Source of the DNA: a virus
Taxonomy: Duplodnaviria; Caudoviricetes
Strand: one strand, 5' to 3'
Virus record (IMG/VR): IMGVR_UViG_3300043449_001054
Span: 1-37,301 of that record
DNA: 37,301 nucleotides
Position numbers and translations under genes: made by a program. Below, piece after piece: positions 18,615-27,761 of this stretch. A model generated the notes under the pieces. That model saw only the letters and a list, made by a program, of their open reading frames with translations. It had not been told where the DNA came from and searched no databases. Positions within the stretch are counted from its first letter, which is position 1; every line of letters begins with the position of its first letter.

Positions 18615-19066
18615 TGTACGTGCTTATTCGTAGTGATAATATAGTTGCTGTATCGCAAGAAACCCCAATCAACGCTGTTGCTTCTATAGATGTGTATGAT
18701 TGCGAGTTTGGCTTAATATACGATCCCCGTCCGTCATCGGGTATTGTGCCAATTCAAATGGATTTTCCTGAAAAGTCATTCAGTGAATATCAGATCATAG
18801 ACGGTGTTCCTGTTCGGATTATGCCTAAATCTATAAAAGTGCCACATGCGATTAGTCCGAGGCAAATCAGGCTTGCTTTAACTAGCGAGGGATTGAGGGA
18901 TGTCGTTGAAAGCGCTATTGCCGATGGCTCTCAGGAATTAAAAGACTGGTGGGAGTTTTCACTAAGCTATGAAAGGAATCACCCTTTGATTTTATCCGTA
19001 GCAAATCAGTTAGGTGTATCGCCTGAGAAGCTGGACAAACTATGGATAAAGGGCTTTGAGTTGTGA
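18614..19066 (+). CDS. Tail-fibre-associated protein (putative chaperone)
   Basis: VP..ISPRQIRLAL...L...VE.AI...WWE......R..P....LG...LD.L pattern directly after the fibre gene. Confidence 0.65.
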   Translation: MYVLIRSDNIVAVSQETPINAVASIDVYDCEFGLIYDPRPSSGIVPIQMDFPEKSFSEYQIIDGVPVRIMPKSIKVPHAISPRQIRLALTSEGLRDVVESAIADGSQELKDWWEFSLSYERNHPLILSVANQLGVSPEKLDKLWIKGFEL

Positions 19067-20616
19067 GTTTAGTCAAAATATCAAGCACGGGCGGAACTGG
19101 TTTAAACAAAGACTTATCACAACACGAATTGCCCAACAACGCTTGGACGGATGCACAAAACATCCGTTTCCTTGATGGTTACGCTTGGCAATTCTACGGG
19201 CATGGTGAGGTTTACAATTCGCCAACCTATGCACCGCAATACCTCATGCCTTGTAATGTCGCAGGGCAACGGTATTGGGTGTATACGACCGCCTCTAAAA
19301 CCTACGCGGTAACGATTTCGGGTGGCGTGTCTGTTCACACAGACATTACGCATTTGACGCCGCGAACGGGTGTGGTCAACCAGTGGACTGGGACGCTATT
19401 GTCAGGTGTGCCGATTCTCAACCCTGGCGATACAACCAACTGCCCAATGGCTTGGAATTTGAGCCTTGCCAGTAAGTTTGTTGATTTGTCGAATTGGCCA
19501 GCAAGCACCTACTGCAAAAGCCTTAGAGCCTATAAGAACTATCTAATTGCGCTCAATGTCACGAAGTCAGGCACGAATTACCCTTACATGGTGAAATGGT
19601 CGCATCCTGCCGACCCTGGCGCATTGCCTGCCTCTTGGGATCACACCGACGCGACTAAACAAGCCGGTGAGGCCGATCTTGCTGAGGGTTATGATCCGAT
19701 TGTAGACGGGTTACAGCTCCGCGACTCGTTCATGATTTACAAAGAAGCCAGCATCTGGAGAGCGGATTTTATCGGCGGCAATTACATCTTCAGGTTTGTG
19801 AAGATTGCCAATAAATCAGGCGCAATGAATCGAAACTGCATTGCCGACATCGATGGGGCGCATGTGGTGTTGACGAACAATGACGTCATCATCACAGATG
19901 GGCAATCGGTCAACTCGGTACTGGACAAACAAACGCGCCGTTGGTTGTTTCAAAACATTGATGTTGATTACTACAGCAAAGCGTTTTGTTTCACAAACCC
20001 ATTTTTTAATGAGGTTTTCATCTGCTTCCCGTCGATTGGGGCAACCGCGTGTGATAAAGCGATTGTCTACAACTACAAAGACAAAACCGTTTCAATTCGG
20101 GATCTGCCGAATGTCAGCCATGCCAATTTTGGGCCGGTTGATAACGGGTTGATTGGCAACTGGGCGCAAGATTCGGCACCCTGGGCTTCAGATTTAACGT
20201 TGTGGAATGGCGGAGACTTTGTACCGTCGGCGGCACGTTGCCTGATGGCCAGCGCAAACACCAAACTTTATATGTTAGATGCGTCTAGTTCTTTTGATGG
20301 GGTAATCCCGTCGGCATATCTGGAACGTCGTGGGTTATCGTTTGATGCACCAGAAACCATGAAACTGATTAGAGGTGTCAGACCGCGCATTGTCGGCAAT
20401 ACCGGCGACACAGTGCTAGTGACTATTGGTAGTCAAACAGACCCATGGTCTGAGCCGTCATGGGGGCCGCAAATGGCTCATACCATCGGCAGTACGATAG
20501 CCAATGATTGCCTGGTGAATGGGCGTTATATCGCTATCCGTTTTGAAACAGGAACCGCTTATCAATGGCGCTTAGATTCGTTCGATGTTGATGTCGAGCC
20601 GTCTGGGAGCTGGTAA
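19063..20616 (+). CDS. Tail nozzle / P22 gp10-like head-closure protein
   Basis: 517-aa beta-rich protein; G.NKDL...ELP.NAWTD..N.RF, VKWS..ADPG, GRYIA.RF. Confidence 0.75.
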   Translation: MSLVKISSTGGTGLNKDLSQHELPNNAWTDAQNIRFLDGYAWQFYGHGEVYNSPTYAPQYLMPCNVAGQRYWVYTTASKTYAVTISGGVSVHTDITHLTPRTGVVNQWTGTLLSGVPILNPGDTTNCPMAWNLSLASKFVDLSNWPASTYCKSLRAYKNYLIALNVTKSGTNYPYMVKWSHPADPGALPASWDHTDATKQAGEADLAEGYDPIVDGLQLRDSFMIYKEASIWRADFIGGNYIFRFVKIANKSGAMNRNCIADIDGAHVVLTNNDVIITDGQSVNSVLDKQTRRWLFQNIDVDYYSKAFCFTNPFFNEVFICFPSIGATACDKAIVYNYKDKTVSIRDLPNVSHANFGPVDNGLIGNWAQDSAPWASDLTLWNGGDFVPSAARCLMASANTKLYMLDASSSFDGVIPSAYLERRGLSFDAPETMKLIRGVRPRIVGNTGDTVLVTIGSQTDPWSEPSWGPQMAHTIGSTIANDCLVNGRYIAIRFETGTAYQWRLDSFDVDVEPSGSW

Positions 20617-20629
20617 AATTATTTAAATA

Positions 20630-20643
20630 TTGTCGGGAGACAA
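20630..20643 (+). promoter_or_regulatory. TGTC-GGGA-GACA RBS hairpin, copy 3
   Basis: TTGTCGGGAGACAA before ATG 20648. Confidence 0.8.
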
Positions 20644-20647
20644 AAAA

Positions 20648-21061
20648 ATGGCCGCATTAACGAACTATCTCGAAAACAAACTTATCGACCACATTTTTCA
20701 AAGCACCGCTTACACCGGCCCTTCCACGCTGTACATCGCGTTATTCACAGCGGTTACCGATGGCGAAGCAGGCACGGTCACAGAAGTCTCGGGCGGCTCT
20801 TATGCGCGCGTGGCCGTCACGGCCAATGCCAGCAACTGGTCAGACGCTACCGGCAACAACGGCACCACCGCCAATGTAAACCCGATCGCCTTCCCCGCTG
20901 CCACCGCAGATTGGGGCACCGCAACCCATTTCGGCATCTACGATGCATCAGCCGCAGGCAATCTGCTCGTTTATGCAGCGCTCACCGCCTCCCGCACAAT
21001 CACCAACGGCTCAACCGCCTCATTCGGAGCCAGCACCTTAACCGTGCAGCTCGATAACTAA
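20648..21061 (+). CDS. Putative virion/tail accessory protein
   Basis: MAALTNYLENKL.DH...LYIALFT...EVSGGSYARVAVT...I.FP.AT..WGT.THFGI.DA...GNLL. Confidence 0.75.
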   Translation: MAALTNYLENKLIDHIFQSTAYTGPSTLYIALFTAVTDGEAGTVTEVSGGSYARVAVTANASNWSDATGNNGTTANVNPIAFPAATADWGTATHFGIYDASAAGNLLVYAALTASRTITNGSTASFGASTLTVQLDN

Positions 21062-21216
21062 TGATCAACTCAGCCATCGAGTGGGCGCAGTTAGCTTTGT
21101 TCGCCTTACTCGTTGGCGGCGTCTGTGTTTTGCTGGTGACGGTCGCACTGGTCATGGGCCTCGGCTATCTAGCACGGGCGCTTTGGGAATTGGATTTTAA
21201 ATGGGTGGTGGAATGA
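21061..21216 (+). CDS. 51-aa single-TM membrane peptide
   Basis: MINSAIEWAQLALFALLVGGVCVLLVTVALVMGLGYLARALWELDFKWVVE*. TAATG and ATGA coupling. Missed by the ORF track. Confidence 0.55.
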   Translation: MINSAIEWAQLALFALLVGGVCVLLVTVALVMGLGYLARALWELDFKWVVE

Positions 21217-21689
21217 ACTATACAGATTTGAAAGCAGCGATCCTAGCGACCGCAGAGTGTCAGCCGTACGTTATAACGAACGACATGCCGAAAGATTACG
21301 ACTACGCCGCAAAAGACGCAGCGATTGCGACCATATTCAACGCAGAGGCTGGAACACGGCTTGTTGAGCGTTTTGAAAATGCCATCGGCATTATGAGTGC
21401 AGTGGGCGCGGTGACTGGCGCGGAAATCCTTGAAAAGCTTGATCAAGCGAAAGCGCAAATTCCCGCATTGAAGTGGGCGATGCTGGCGATGGCTAGTGAT
21501 ACAGGTATTAACCTGGGCGATCATGAGACACAGCAGATGCTAGACACCATGGTGACAGCCTCCGTACTGACACAAGCTGAAGCCGATGCTGTGAAAGCGT
21601 TAGCTGTGCAGCCTTCATCACTGGCTTATCAAACAGTCGGCCAGCCTATAACTGCTGCTGATGTTTCAATCGCTCTGAGGAATTTCTAA
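21213..21689 (+). CDS. Hypothetical protein
   Basis: ORF 21201-21689; ATGA-coupled start at 21213. Confidence 0.65.
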   Translation: MNYTDLKAAILATAECQPYVITNDMPKDYDYAAKDAAIATIFNAEAGTRLVERFENAIGIMSAVGAVTGAEILEKLDQAKAQIPALKWAMLAMASDTGINLGDHETQQMLDTMVTASVLTQAEADAVKALAVQPSSLAYQTVGQPITAADVSIALRNF

Positions 21690-22114
21690 TGGCTATTACT
21701 CACGTACAAACACAAGTTCTTTGGTCATCAGCCAGCACAGTCACAGTTTCTTCTGCTACTGAGGTTGTCTCTGATGCTATTACGCTAGACTCCACTTGCG
21801 TTGCACTTAGTATCCAAGTCAGTGCTGATAATGCAGGAACGCCGGCTTCTGGCGATACGGCTGTATTTAGAATTCAATGGTCAAATGGAGATGTTTTAGC
21901 TAATACCGGTGATGACTATGACACTTCTGAACATGCCCAGTATCTAACAACACTCGATACTTATGCGACTAACACCCCTGGTGAAGATCCTGCTAGAAGA
22001 ACAATCGATGTTCCACCAACTGCTACTAAATTTAAACTAGCGGTTACTTGTGCTAACGCGGCGACTCGGAACGTTGTTGTTGCTGCACGGATAGACGAAC
22101 AACGAGCAGCGTAA
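21689..22114 (+). CDS. Beta-sandwich-like putative virion protein
   Basis: T/S/A/V-rich 141 aa, TAATG-coupled on both sides. Confidence 0.65.
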   Translation: MAITHVQTQVLWSSASTVTVSSATEVVSDAITLDSTCVALSIQVSADNAGTPASGDTAVFRIQWSNGDVLANTGDDYDTSEHAQYLTTLDTYATNTPGEDPARRTIDVPPTATKFKLAVTCANAATRNVVVAARIDEQRAA

Positions 22115-23499
22115 TGACTGTTATTGTTCCAGAGAGGAAAGTTTGGAGTAGACAGCCACCTAATACAAGTGCAACAAGTAAAGTTAGCAATGGGTTAGTT
22201 TTTGCCTATACGCCAACCGCAGGAAGAATGAACCTGGTAACAGGTGCGCCATTATCTGTTATTGGTACAGTTAGTGATAGAGCGTCAGTAAATGGTTTAG
22301 GTTTAAACACCACTGCATCCGCAGATGTATTATATTCAAGTGGGACATTAAATATCCCCGCATCCTCTGGCGTGTCATTTGCCGTAGTTGCTGAAGTTGA
22401 TAATAACTCAGTTACTAGAAAACGTGCTATTAGATTATCCAACCCAACTAATGGTACAATTTTTCTTCTTGATTTCAGCACATCCGCAGTAGCTCCGGTA
22501 TCCGTAGCAATACAAGATACCGCTGCTGTATTTGGCTTTAGGGAGCAAAGTAGTTATAACGCTAAACAACTGTATATTGTAGTTGCAACTCATGCCCCTG
22601 GACAAATAAACCCAATGATGTGGGTAAATGGGATTCTGGGGGCTCAATTGCCTGTGAACTGTAATGGCACTAGGATGGGCACTATTACAGATATTTATTT
22701 AGGTAATAACAACTCTGCTGCTCCATTAACAGGAAAATTATATTCTGCCGCAGTTTGGAACAGGGATTTAGATATTGCGGAAGTCAAATCAATCTCAGAA
22801 AACCCCTGGCAAATCTTCGCTCCAAGACGGCAGTTATTTTATTTCAGCAACACTGGTCAAATAGATTTAACAGCAAACGCCACATCAGTTGCAACGTCAT
22901 CAGGCACACTAGATTTAGCGCAATCACTAAGCGCACAAGCCGCCGCACTCGCCTCTGTCAATGGCGATATTACTCAAACCACACCACTTGCAGGGGATGC
23001 ATTTAGCAGTGCCTCAGTATCAGGCACGTTAAGCACATCGGGTGGGTTAACGGTTGATCTAGCCAGCAATGCACAAGCCGCAGCGACGGCAGCAGGCGCA
23101 TTATATTCAGCCATGGCATTGTTAGGCAGTGCGTCAAGCGCATCAACAGCCACCGGTGCGATTGTCGATAAAACACCGCCATTAGCCGGTGCGGCTGTTG
23201 CCAGCGCTACCGCATCAGCAACGTTTTACTCAGAACCTAAACCGGTTCCCGCTTATCGATATGCACCAGGCATAGCCCCAACCGAATTACTCCCGCTCGT
23301 CACGTTCATCATGACTGAGCTGTACAACATTAAATCAGCATTAGATTCAGTAGCTGATGGGCATTTAGATAAAGTCTATTTGCCACCAACAAAGCCAACT
23401 ATAGGCGACATACGTTACGCAGACGGCTCAACCTGGAACCCTGGCAGTGGGCAGGGCATTTATTACTACAACGGCAGTATTTGGAAGTTATTGGGCTGA
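22114..23499 (+). CDS. LamG/ConA-like domain protein fused to a conserved small tail protein
   Basis: LYIVVAT...MWVNG...IYLG...G.LY.AAVWNR.L...EV..ISENPWQIF, Ala/Ser-rich stalk, C-terminal P.KP..GDIRYADG..WNPGSGQGIYYY. Confidence 0.7.
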   Translation: MTVIVPERKVWSRQPPNTSATSKVSNGLVFAYTPTAGRMNLVTGAPLSVIGTVSDRASVNGLGLNTTASADVLYSSGTLNIPASSGVSFAVVAEVDNNSVTRKRAIRLSNPTNGTIFLLDFSTSAVAPVSVAIQDTAAVFGFREQSSYNAKQLYIVVATHAPGQINPMMWVNGILGAQLPVNCNGTRMGTITDIYLGNNNSAAPLTGKLYSAAVWNRDLDIAEVKSISENPWQIFAPRRQLFYFSNTGQIDLTANATSVATSSGTLDLAQSLSAQAAALASVNGDITQTTPLAGDAFSSASVSGTLSTSGGLTVDLASNAQAAATAAGALYSAMALLGSASSASTATGAIVDKTPPLAGAAVASATASATFYSEPKPVPAYRYAPGIAPTELLPLVTFIMTELYNIKSALDSVADGHLDKVYLPPTKPTIGDIRYADGSTWNPGSGQGIYYYNGSIWKLLG

Positions 23500-23502
23500 T
23501 AA

Positions 23503-23952
23503 ATGGCTATTGATAGTGGAAATCTTAGCGTACACATGGTGACTGATGATTCTGAGCTGTATGCAATTTGGCCTAGAATTAGCGATGGCATTAATCTGGT
23601 TAAAAAGCGATGCAAAGGCGTATTTTATCGGCCTGAAGATGTTTATCACGCAATTAAATCTAATCAAGCGCAGTTATTAATAGGTGTTATTGCTAAACAA
23701 TATCAAGGCTTTGCCATTATAAAAAGCGCAGATTATCCCGATGGAAAAGGGCTGCATATTTGGGTAATGCATAATGCAGGCACTGATAAGCAATTTGTAG
23801 ACAATTTTTTTGAGGCGATTGCTGAGATTGCACGTTTGAGTAATGTTATTAGGGTTTCATATTCATCTAGTCGAGAAGGCTGGGGCAAGATATCTGAAAA
23901 ATGCGGTTATAAGCGCACGGCCTCAGTGCATTACTTTGAAAAAGAAATTTAA
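23503..23952 (+). CDS. GNAT-fold-like head/ejection assembly protein
   Basis: W..I.....PEDVY..I......L, LHIW, SSR.GW. Located immediately before the ejection genes. Confidence 0.55.
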   Translation: MAIDSGNLSVHMVTDDSELYAIWPRISDGINLVKKRCKGVFYRPEDVYHAIKSNQAQLLIGVIAKQYQGFAIIKSADYPDGKGLHIWVMHNAGTDKQFVDNFFEAIAEIARLSNVIRVSYSSSREGWGKISEKCGYKRTASVHYFEKEI

Positions 23953-23962
23953 ACATTTAGTT

Positions 23963-23974
23963 TGTCGGGAGACA
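23963..23974 (+). promoter_or_regulatory. TGTC-GGGA-GACA RBS hairpin, copy 4
   Basis: TGTCGGGAGACA before ATG 23979. Confidence 0.8.
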
Positions 23975-23978
23975 TTAT

Positions 23979-25322
23979 ATGAGCGGCGGAAGTAGCGCAC
24001 CATCAAACACTAGCAGCACTACAACGACAATACCTTGGGGGCCAGCAGGGAGACGGTTGTCTAATGATAATTCTGTTTATGACCCCAGTTCAGGGATGTA
24101 TCAACTCAAAGACGACGCCAAAGGGCCAATGAGTTTGTTTGGTCAGTTGTCGAATTTTGCAAATCAATATGGAGGCCTGACAGAGCAAGAGCAAAACTAT
24201 CTGAATTCATATCAACAAAACATCGATACGAATCGGTCTAACTTGATGGATTTCGCCTTCAACCAGGCCGCAGGTTTGCAAGGCAAGTTAAACAACGGCA
24301 CTTATGATCCTCGGTATCAAACCCAGGCCTATACAGCAGGCGCGAACACGGCAGACGCGAACACGGCAGACGCGAACACGGCAGTCGCGGCGTTAGCGAA
24401 TGCTTACACCGGTAATATGATAAACGGGAGGGCTGCACAGGGCGTGCTTGATCCAACCAATTCGATGCTTAGTTTGCTATCTGGTCAGCCTGATAATCCG
24501 TACCTTAGCGCAATGAACCAGGGCAACATCAATCAAGCTCTGAGAGGCTATGATGATGCCCTTAGTAATTTTACACAGCAGGTGATCCCGTCGATTAACA
24601 ACGACGCATTTGCCGCTGGTCAATATGGCAGCAGTCGCCAAGGGGTGGCTGAAGGTCTAGCCGGACAACAGATGTTGCGTAATGCGCGTGATTTAGGCAT
24701 CGCTGCGATGGACAGCGGCAATCGATTGTTTGGAGGGGCGTATGAAAACGCACAAGGCAGAAAGGCAAGCACAGCGCAGAGTTTGAATGACCAAGCGTAT
24801 GGCATGGAGCAATTCAATGCAGGTCAGTTTCAAGACATCAGCAAATTTAACGCAAATCAATTGCAAGACATCAGCAAATTCAACGCCACCAATTTGAATA
24901 ACATGAATCAGTTCAATGCGGGGCAGTTGCAACAGAATAACCAATTCAACGCCACCAACCTGAACAACATGAATCAGTTCAATGCGGGGCAGTTGCAAAA
25001 CAACGACCAGTTTGCCGCTAATCTGGACATGCAGCAGAAAGAGATGGCAAAACAGAACGCATTGCAGGGCTTGCAAACGCTCAATGATGCGAATAGCAAT
25101 TTGTGGAGCGCACAAGATCAATTGTTTGCCACCCAAATGAACAATGCAGCGATGCCGATGAATCGTCAGATGGACATGCTTAACGCACAAGCAGGGGTGT
25201 TTTTGCCTGGTGCAAGTTTAGGCGGGGCGACTACGCAAAGAACGCCAATCTATAGCAACAATGCTGGAAACATTCTTGGTGGCCTTGGTAGCGCGGCTGG
25301 TTTGTTGAGCATGATCAAGTGA
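23979..25322 (+). CDS. DNA ejection (internal virion) protein
   Basis: MSGGSS..T.TT..PW, NPYL, AGQYGSSRQGVAEG, N/Q-rich repeats, Gly-rich C-terminus. Confidence 0.75.
   Translation: MSGGSSAPSNTSSTTTTIPWGPAGRRLSNDNSVYDPSSGMYQLKDDAKGPMSLFGQLSNFANQYGGLTEQEQNYLNSYQQNIDTNRSNLMDFAFNQAAGLQGKLNNGTYDPRYQTQAYTAGANTADANTADANTAVAALANAYTGNMINGRAAQGVLDPTNSMLSLLSGQPDNPYLSAMNQGNINQALRGYDDALSNFTQQVIPSINNDAFAAGQYGSSRQGVAEGLAGQQMLRNARDLGIAAMDSGNRLFGGAYENAQGRKASTAQSLNDQAYGMEQFNAGQFQDISKFNANQLQDISKFNATNLNNMNQFNAGQLQQNNQFNATNLNNMNQFNAGQLQNNDQFAANLDMQQKEMAKQNALQGLQTLNDANSNLWSAQDQLFATQMNNAAMPMNRQMDMLNAQAGVFLPGASLGGATTQRTPIYSNNAGNILGGLGSAAGLLSMIK
24341..24385 (+). repeat. 3 x 15-bp in-frame tandem repeat (ANTAD)
   Basis: CGCGAACACGGCAGA x2 plus CGCGAACACGGCAGT. 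Confidence 0.9.
24810..25022 (+). repeat. ~6.5 x 33-bp (11-aa) repeats [QK]FNAxxLxxxx
   Basis: QFNAGQFQDIS KFNANQLQDIS KFNATNLNNMN QFNAGQLQQNN QFNATNLNNMN QFNAGQLQNND QFAAN. Confidence 0.85.
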
Positions 25323-25738
25323 ACAATCTAGCCAAAGCGGGGAACATGCCAGATATCTTGGCGGCAGAGGAAATTCTTAAAACCATGCCTCCGGCAAAGC
25401 TCGACCTTGAGCATTATGTGATTCCTGGGGTGTATTGCAGAGTCTTGCATATCCCAGCCGATACCGCAGTGACGGGGAAGATTCATTTAAAACAACACAT
25501 ATCAATTCTGGCGAGCGGCGAACTATATGTTGCTGATGGTGAGACATCAAAGCACATCAAGGGGCCGCTAGTGATGATTGATAAGCCAGGTATAAAGCGG
25601 TTTGTAGTAACCGTGACGGACTGCACTTTTATAAACGTGTTAGCCACAGATAAGACCGACATAGACGAGATAGAAGCGGAATGTGTTGTGGATAATTTTG
25701 ACGAATTTGAAGAAAAAATGAAGTTACTGGAGGTTTGA
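25319..25738 (+). CDS. Cupin-like protein
   Basis: HY.IPGVY.R.L.IPA.T..TGKIH...H..IL..G...V...PG.KR. Confidence 0.75.
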   Translation: MNNLAKAGNMPDILAAEEILKTMPPAKLDLEHYVIPGVYCRVLHIPADTAVTGKIHLKQHISILASGELYVADGETSKHIKGPLVMIDKPGIKRFVVTVTDCTFINVLATDKTDIDEIEAECVVDNFDEFEEKMKLLEV

Positions 25739-25739
25739 A

Positions 25740-26291
25740 ATGTCATTTGCAGCAATAGGCGCAGCATTAGGAATCGGCGGGTCTTCTGCGCTTGGTGGCG
25801 CAGCAGCAACCGGCATAGGCGCAGGGTTAGGTACGGCAGGCGCAGGCGCATTAAGCGCGGCGATACCGTCAACATTTGCAGGACTAGGCGCAGGCGCATT
25901 AGGCACAGGCGCGGCGAGTGGATTGGCCTCAGCAGCTCCGATGGGGTTAGCGGGGGCATCGTCAGGTGGGCTATTGAGCGCACTCACTCCAGCGTTTGCA
26001 ACGGGTGTTGGGTCAGTAGCAGCACCGGAGATGATCGGCGCAGGCATGGGCGCAGCGTCGGGAGGCTTCCTGCCATTATCGATGACGACACCGATTATGG
26101 GCGCATCTTCACCCATGCTAGGGGCAGGTTTAGGTTCTTCAGGCTTGCCACTTGGCAAAATAGCCAGCGGTTTAGGCTTGGCATCAAACATGATGAACAA
26201 ACCGCAGCAGCAGGTACAACCCGCACCCGCACCCAGAACCGGCGGCGGTCAGTTTACGCCCATTCAGATGAGACCTTTGGTCAGGAGGTAA
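25740..26291 (+). CDS. Gly/Ala-rich hydrophobic ejection protein (P22 gp7-like role)
   Basis: Low-complexity G/A/L/S sequence, GGAGG RBS, position in the ejection module. Confidence 0.65.
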   Translation: MSFAAIGAALGIGGSSALGGAAATGIGAGLGTAGAGALSAAIPSTFAGLGAGALGTGAASGLASAAPMGLAGASSGGLLSALTPAFATGVGSVAAPEMIGAGMGAASGGFLPLSMTTPIMGASSPMLGAGLGSSGLPLGKIASGLGLASNMMNKPQQQVQPAPAPRTGGGQFTPIQMRPLVRR

Positions 26292-26294
26292 ACA

Positions 26295-27761
26295 ATGGGA
26301 TTGCTTGACTCAATATCAAACCTCAAATTCGAGCCCAATCCGGTGGGAATGGGCTTGTTAGGCTTGGGCGCTAGTATGCTGCAAGCCTCAAACAATCAAC
26401 GTGTGCCGATTGGCTTCGGGCAACTGCTTGGCAGTGGCTTAGAAGGCTTTAGCAGTGGTGCCAATAACTATCTGGCGCAGCAGATGGCCTTGCAAGAGAT
26501 GGCCGATAAAAAAGCACTTCAAGACGCGCAGATTGCACATTACCAGGCGTTGAACCGTAAAGCTGAGAATGGGGCTGATCCTTATTACCAAGTCATGGAA
26601 ACCAGCAACGGCCTATATCGATTTGATGCGCGTACCGGCAAGTATGAACCGCTTACAAACAACGGTGTGCCGTTGATGAAATCAGCGTCTGACCCACAGC
26701 AACAAGCGGCGATTACGCTTGCCCAGGAGCTAAACAAAATCAATCAACAAAAATTGGGTGATGGTCGTGAAGTGCCGATGATAAATTCAAAAGCACTGGG
26801 GTTGACGGGGGGCAATACACAAACCATCGCACGGTCGTTAATGCCTGCGTTAGCATCGGTGGAATCAGGAAATAATCCGAATGCGGTGTCATCTGCTGGG
26901 GCTAGAGGCACTTATCAAATCATGCCTGAAACAGCAAAAGACCCAGGCTTTGGGGTTACGCCTTTGAAAGACGGATCAGAAGCAGAGCAAAAACGCTTTG
27001 CCCAAGATTTGCTTGCTGCCTATACAGATCATTTTGGCGGCGACATTAACAAAGGTTTGCAGGCATACAACATGGGGCCAGGCAATGTCGAAAAAGGCAA
27101 TAGCAATCAAGAATACGCAAACAAGGTTATGACAGCGGCAGGGCTAGGCCAATCAACGGCTGATAAAGCGAAAGCCGAGCAGGATGCGCTTACCAAGGCA
27201 TCTATTGAGCGCGAAACGGCAAAGGCTCAGATTGATAATCAATCTATGGCTGAAAAAGCAAAAAACGAAAGCATGCTAAAAGCGCGAGACTTATTGCCTG
27301 GCATCCGTGACCAAGCCGGTAACATGATGTCTAATATCGATAAGTTGCTATCAGATCAGGCGCTAGAAAGCGTCGTGGGCAAACCAAACTGGATGCAATC
27401 CGCATTTCTTAATGGTTCACCTCAAGCAAACTTCAAGCAACTTTTTCAACAAGTTACGGATCAAAGCTATCTGGCAGCGTTCCAAGCTCTTAAAGGGGCT
27501 GGCGCAATCTCTGACCAAGAAGGCAAAGCGGCAAGCAATGCAATGGCAAGGTTATCAACGGCAACTTCTGTTGATGCGTTTAAAGAAGCGGCAAATGATC
27601 TTAAAAAAGTTCTGAAGTCATCTGTTAATCGTGCTTATGACATGGCGCAAGGAAAACAATTTGATCCTGAAGAATTAAACAACAGACCAGATTGGTTAAA
27701 TGACAAGCCATCGCAGCCAAAAATACGCCGCTGGAACCCTGAAAAAGGAGTGCTTGAATGA
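26295..27761 (+). CDS. Ejection protein with internal lytic transglycosylase (SLT) domain
   Basis: VESGNNPNAVSSAGARGTYQIMPETA...AYNMGPG...Y; C-terminal AFQALKGAGAISDQEG. Confidence 0.85.
   Translation: MGLLDSISNLKFEPNPVGMGLLGLGASMLQASNNQRVPIGFGQLLGSGLEGFSSGANNYLAQQMALQEMADKKALQDAQIAHYQALNRKAENGADPYYQVMETSNGLYRFDARTGKYEPLTNNGVPLMKSASDPQQQAAITLAQELNKINQQKLGDGREVPMINSKALGLTGGNTQTIARSLMPALASVESGNNPNAVSSAGARGTYQIMPETAKDPGFGVTPLKDGSEAEQKRFAQDLLAAYTDHFGGDINKGLQAYNMGPGNVEKGNSNQEYANKVMTAAGLGQSTADKAKAEQDALTKASIERETAKAQIDNQSMAEKAKNESMLKARDLLPGIRDQAGNMMSNIDKLLSDQALESVVGKPNWMQSAFLNGSPQANFKQLFQQVTDQSYLAAFQALKGAGAISDQEGKAASNAMARLSTATSVDAFKEAANDLKKVLKSSVNRAYDMAQGKQFDPEELNNRPDWLNDKPSQPKIRRWNPEKGVLE

Noticed and set aside
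25483-26200. Long antisense ORFs 25483-25983 and 25724-26200, and similar shadow ORFs across the structural genes
   Set aside because: They mirror the Gly/Ala- or Gln-rich codon bias of the real + strand genes.
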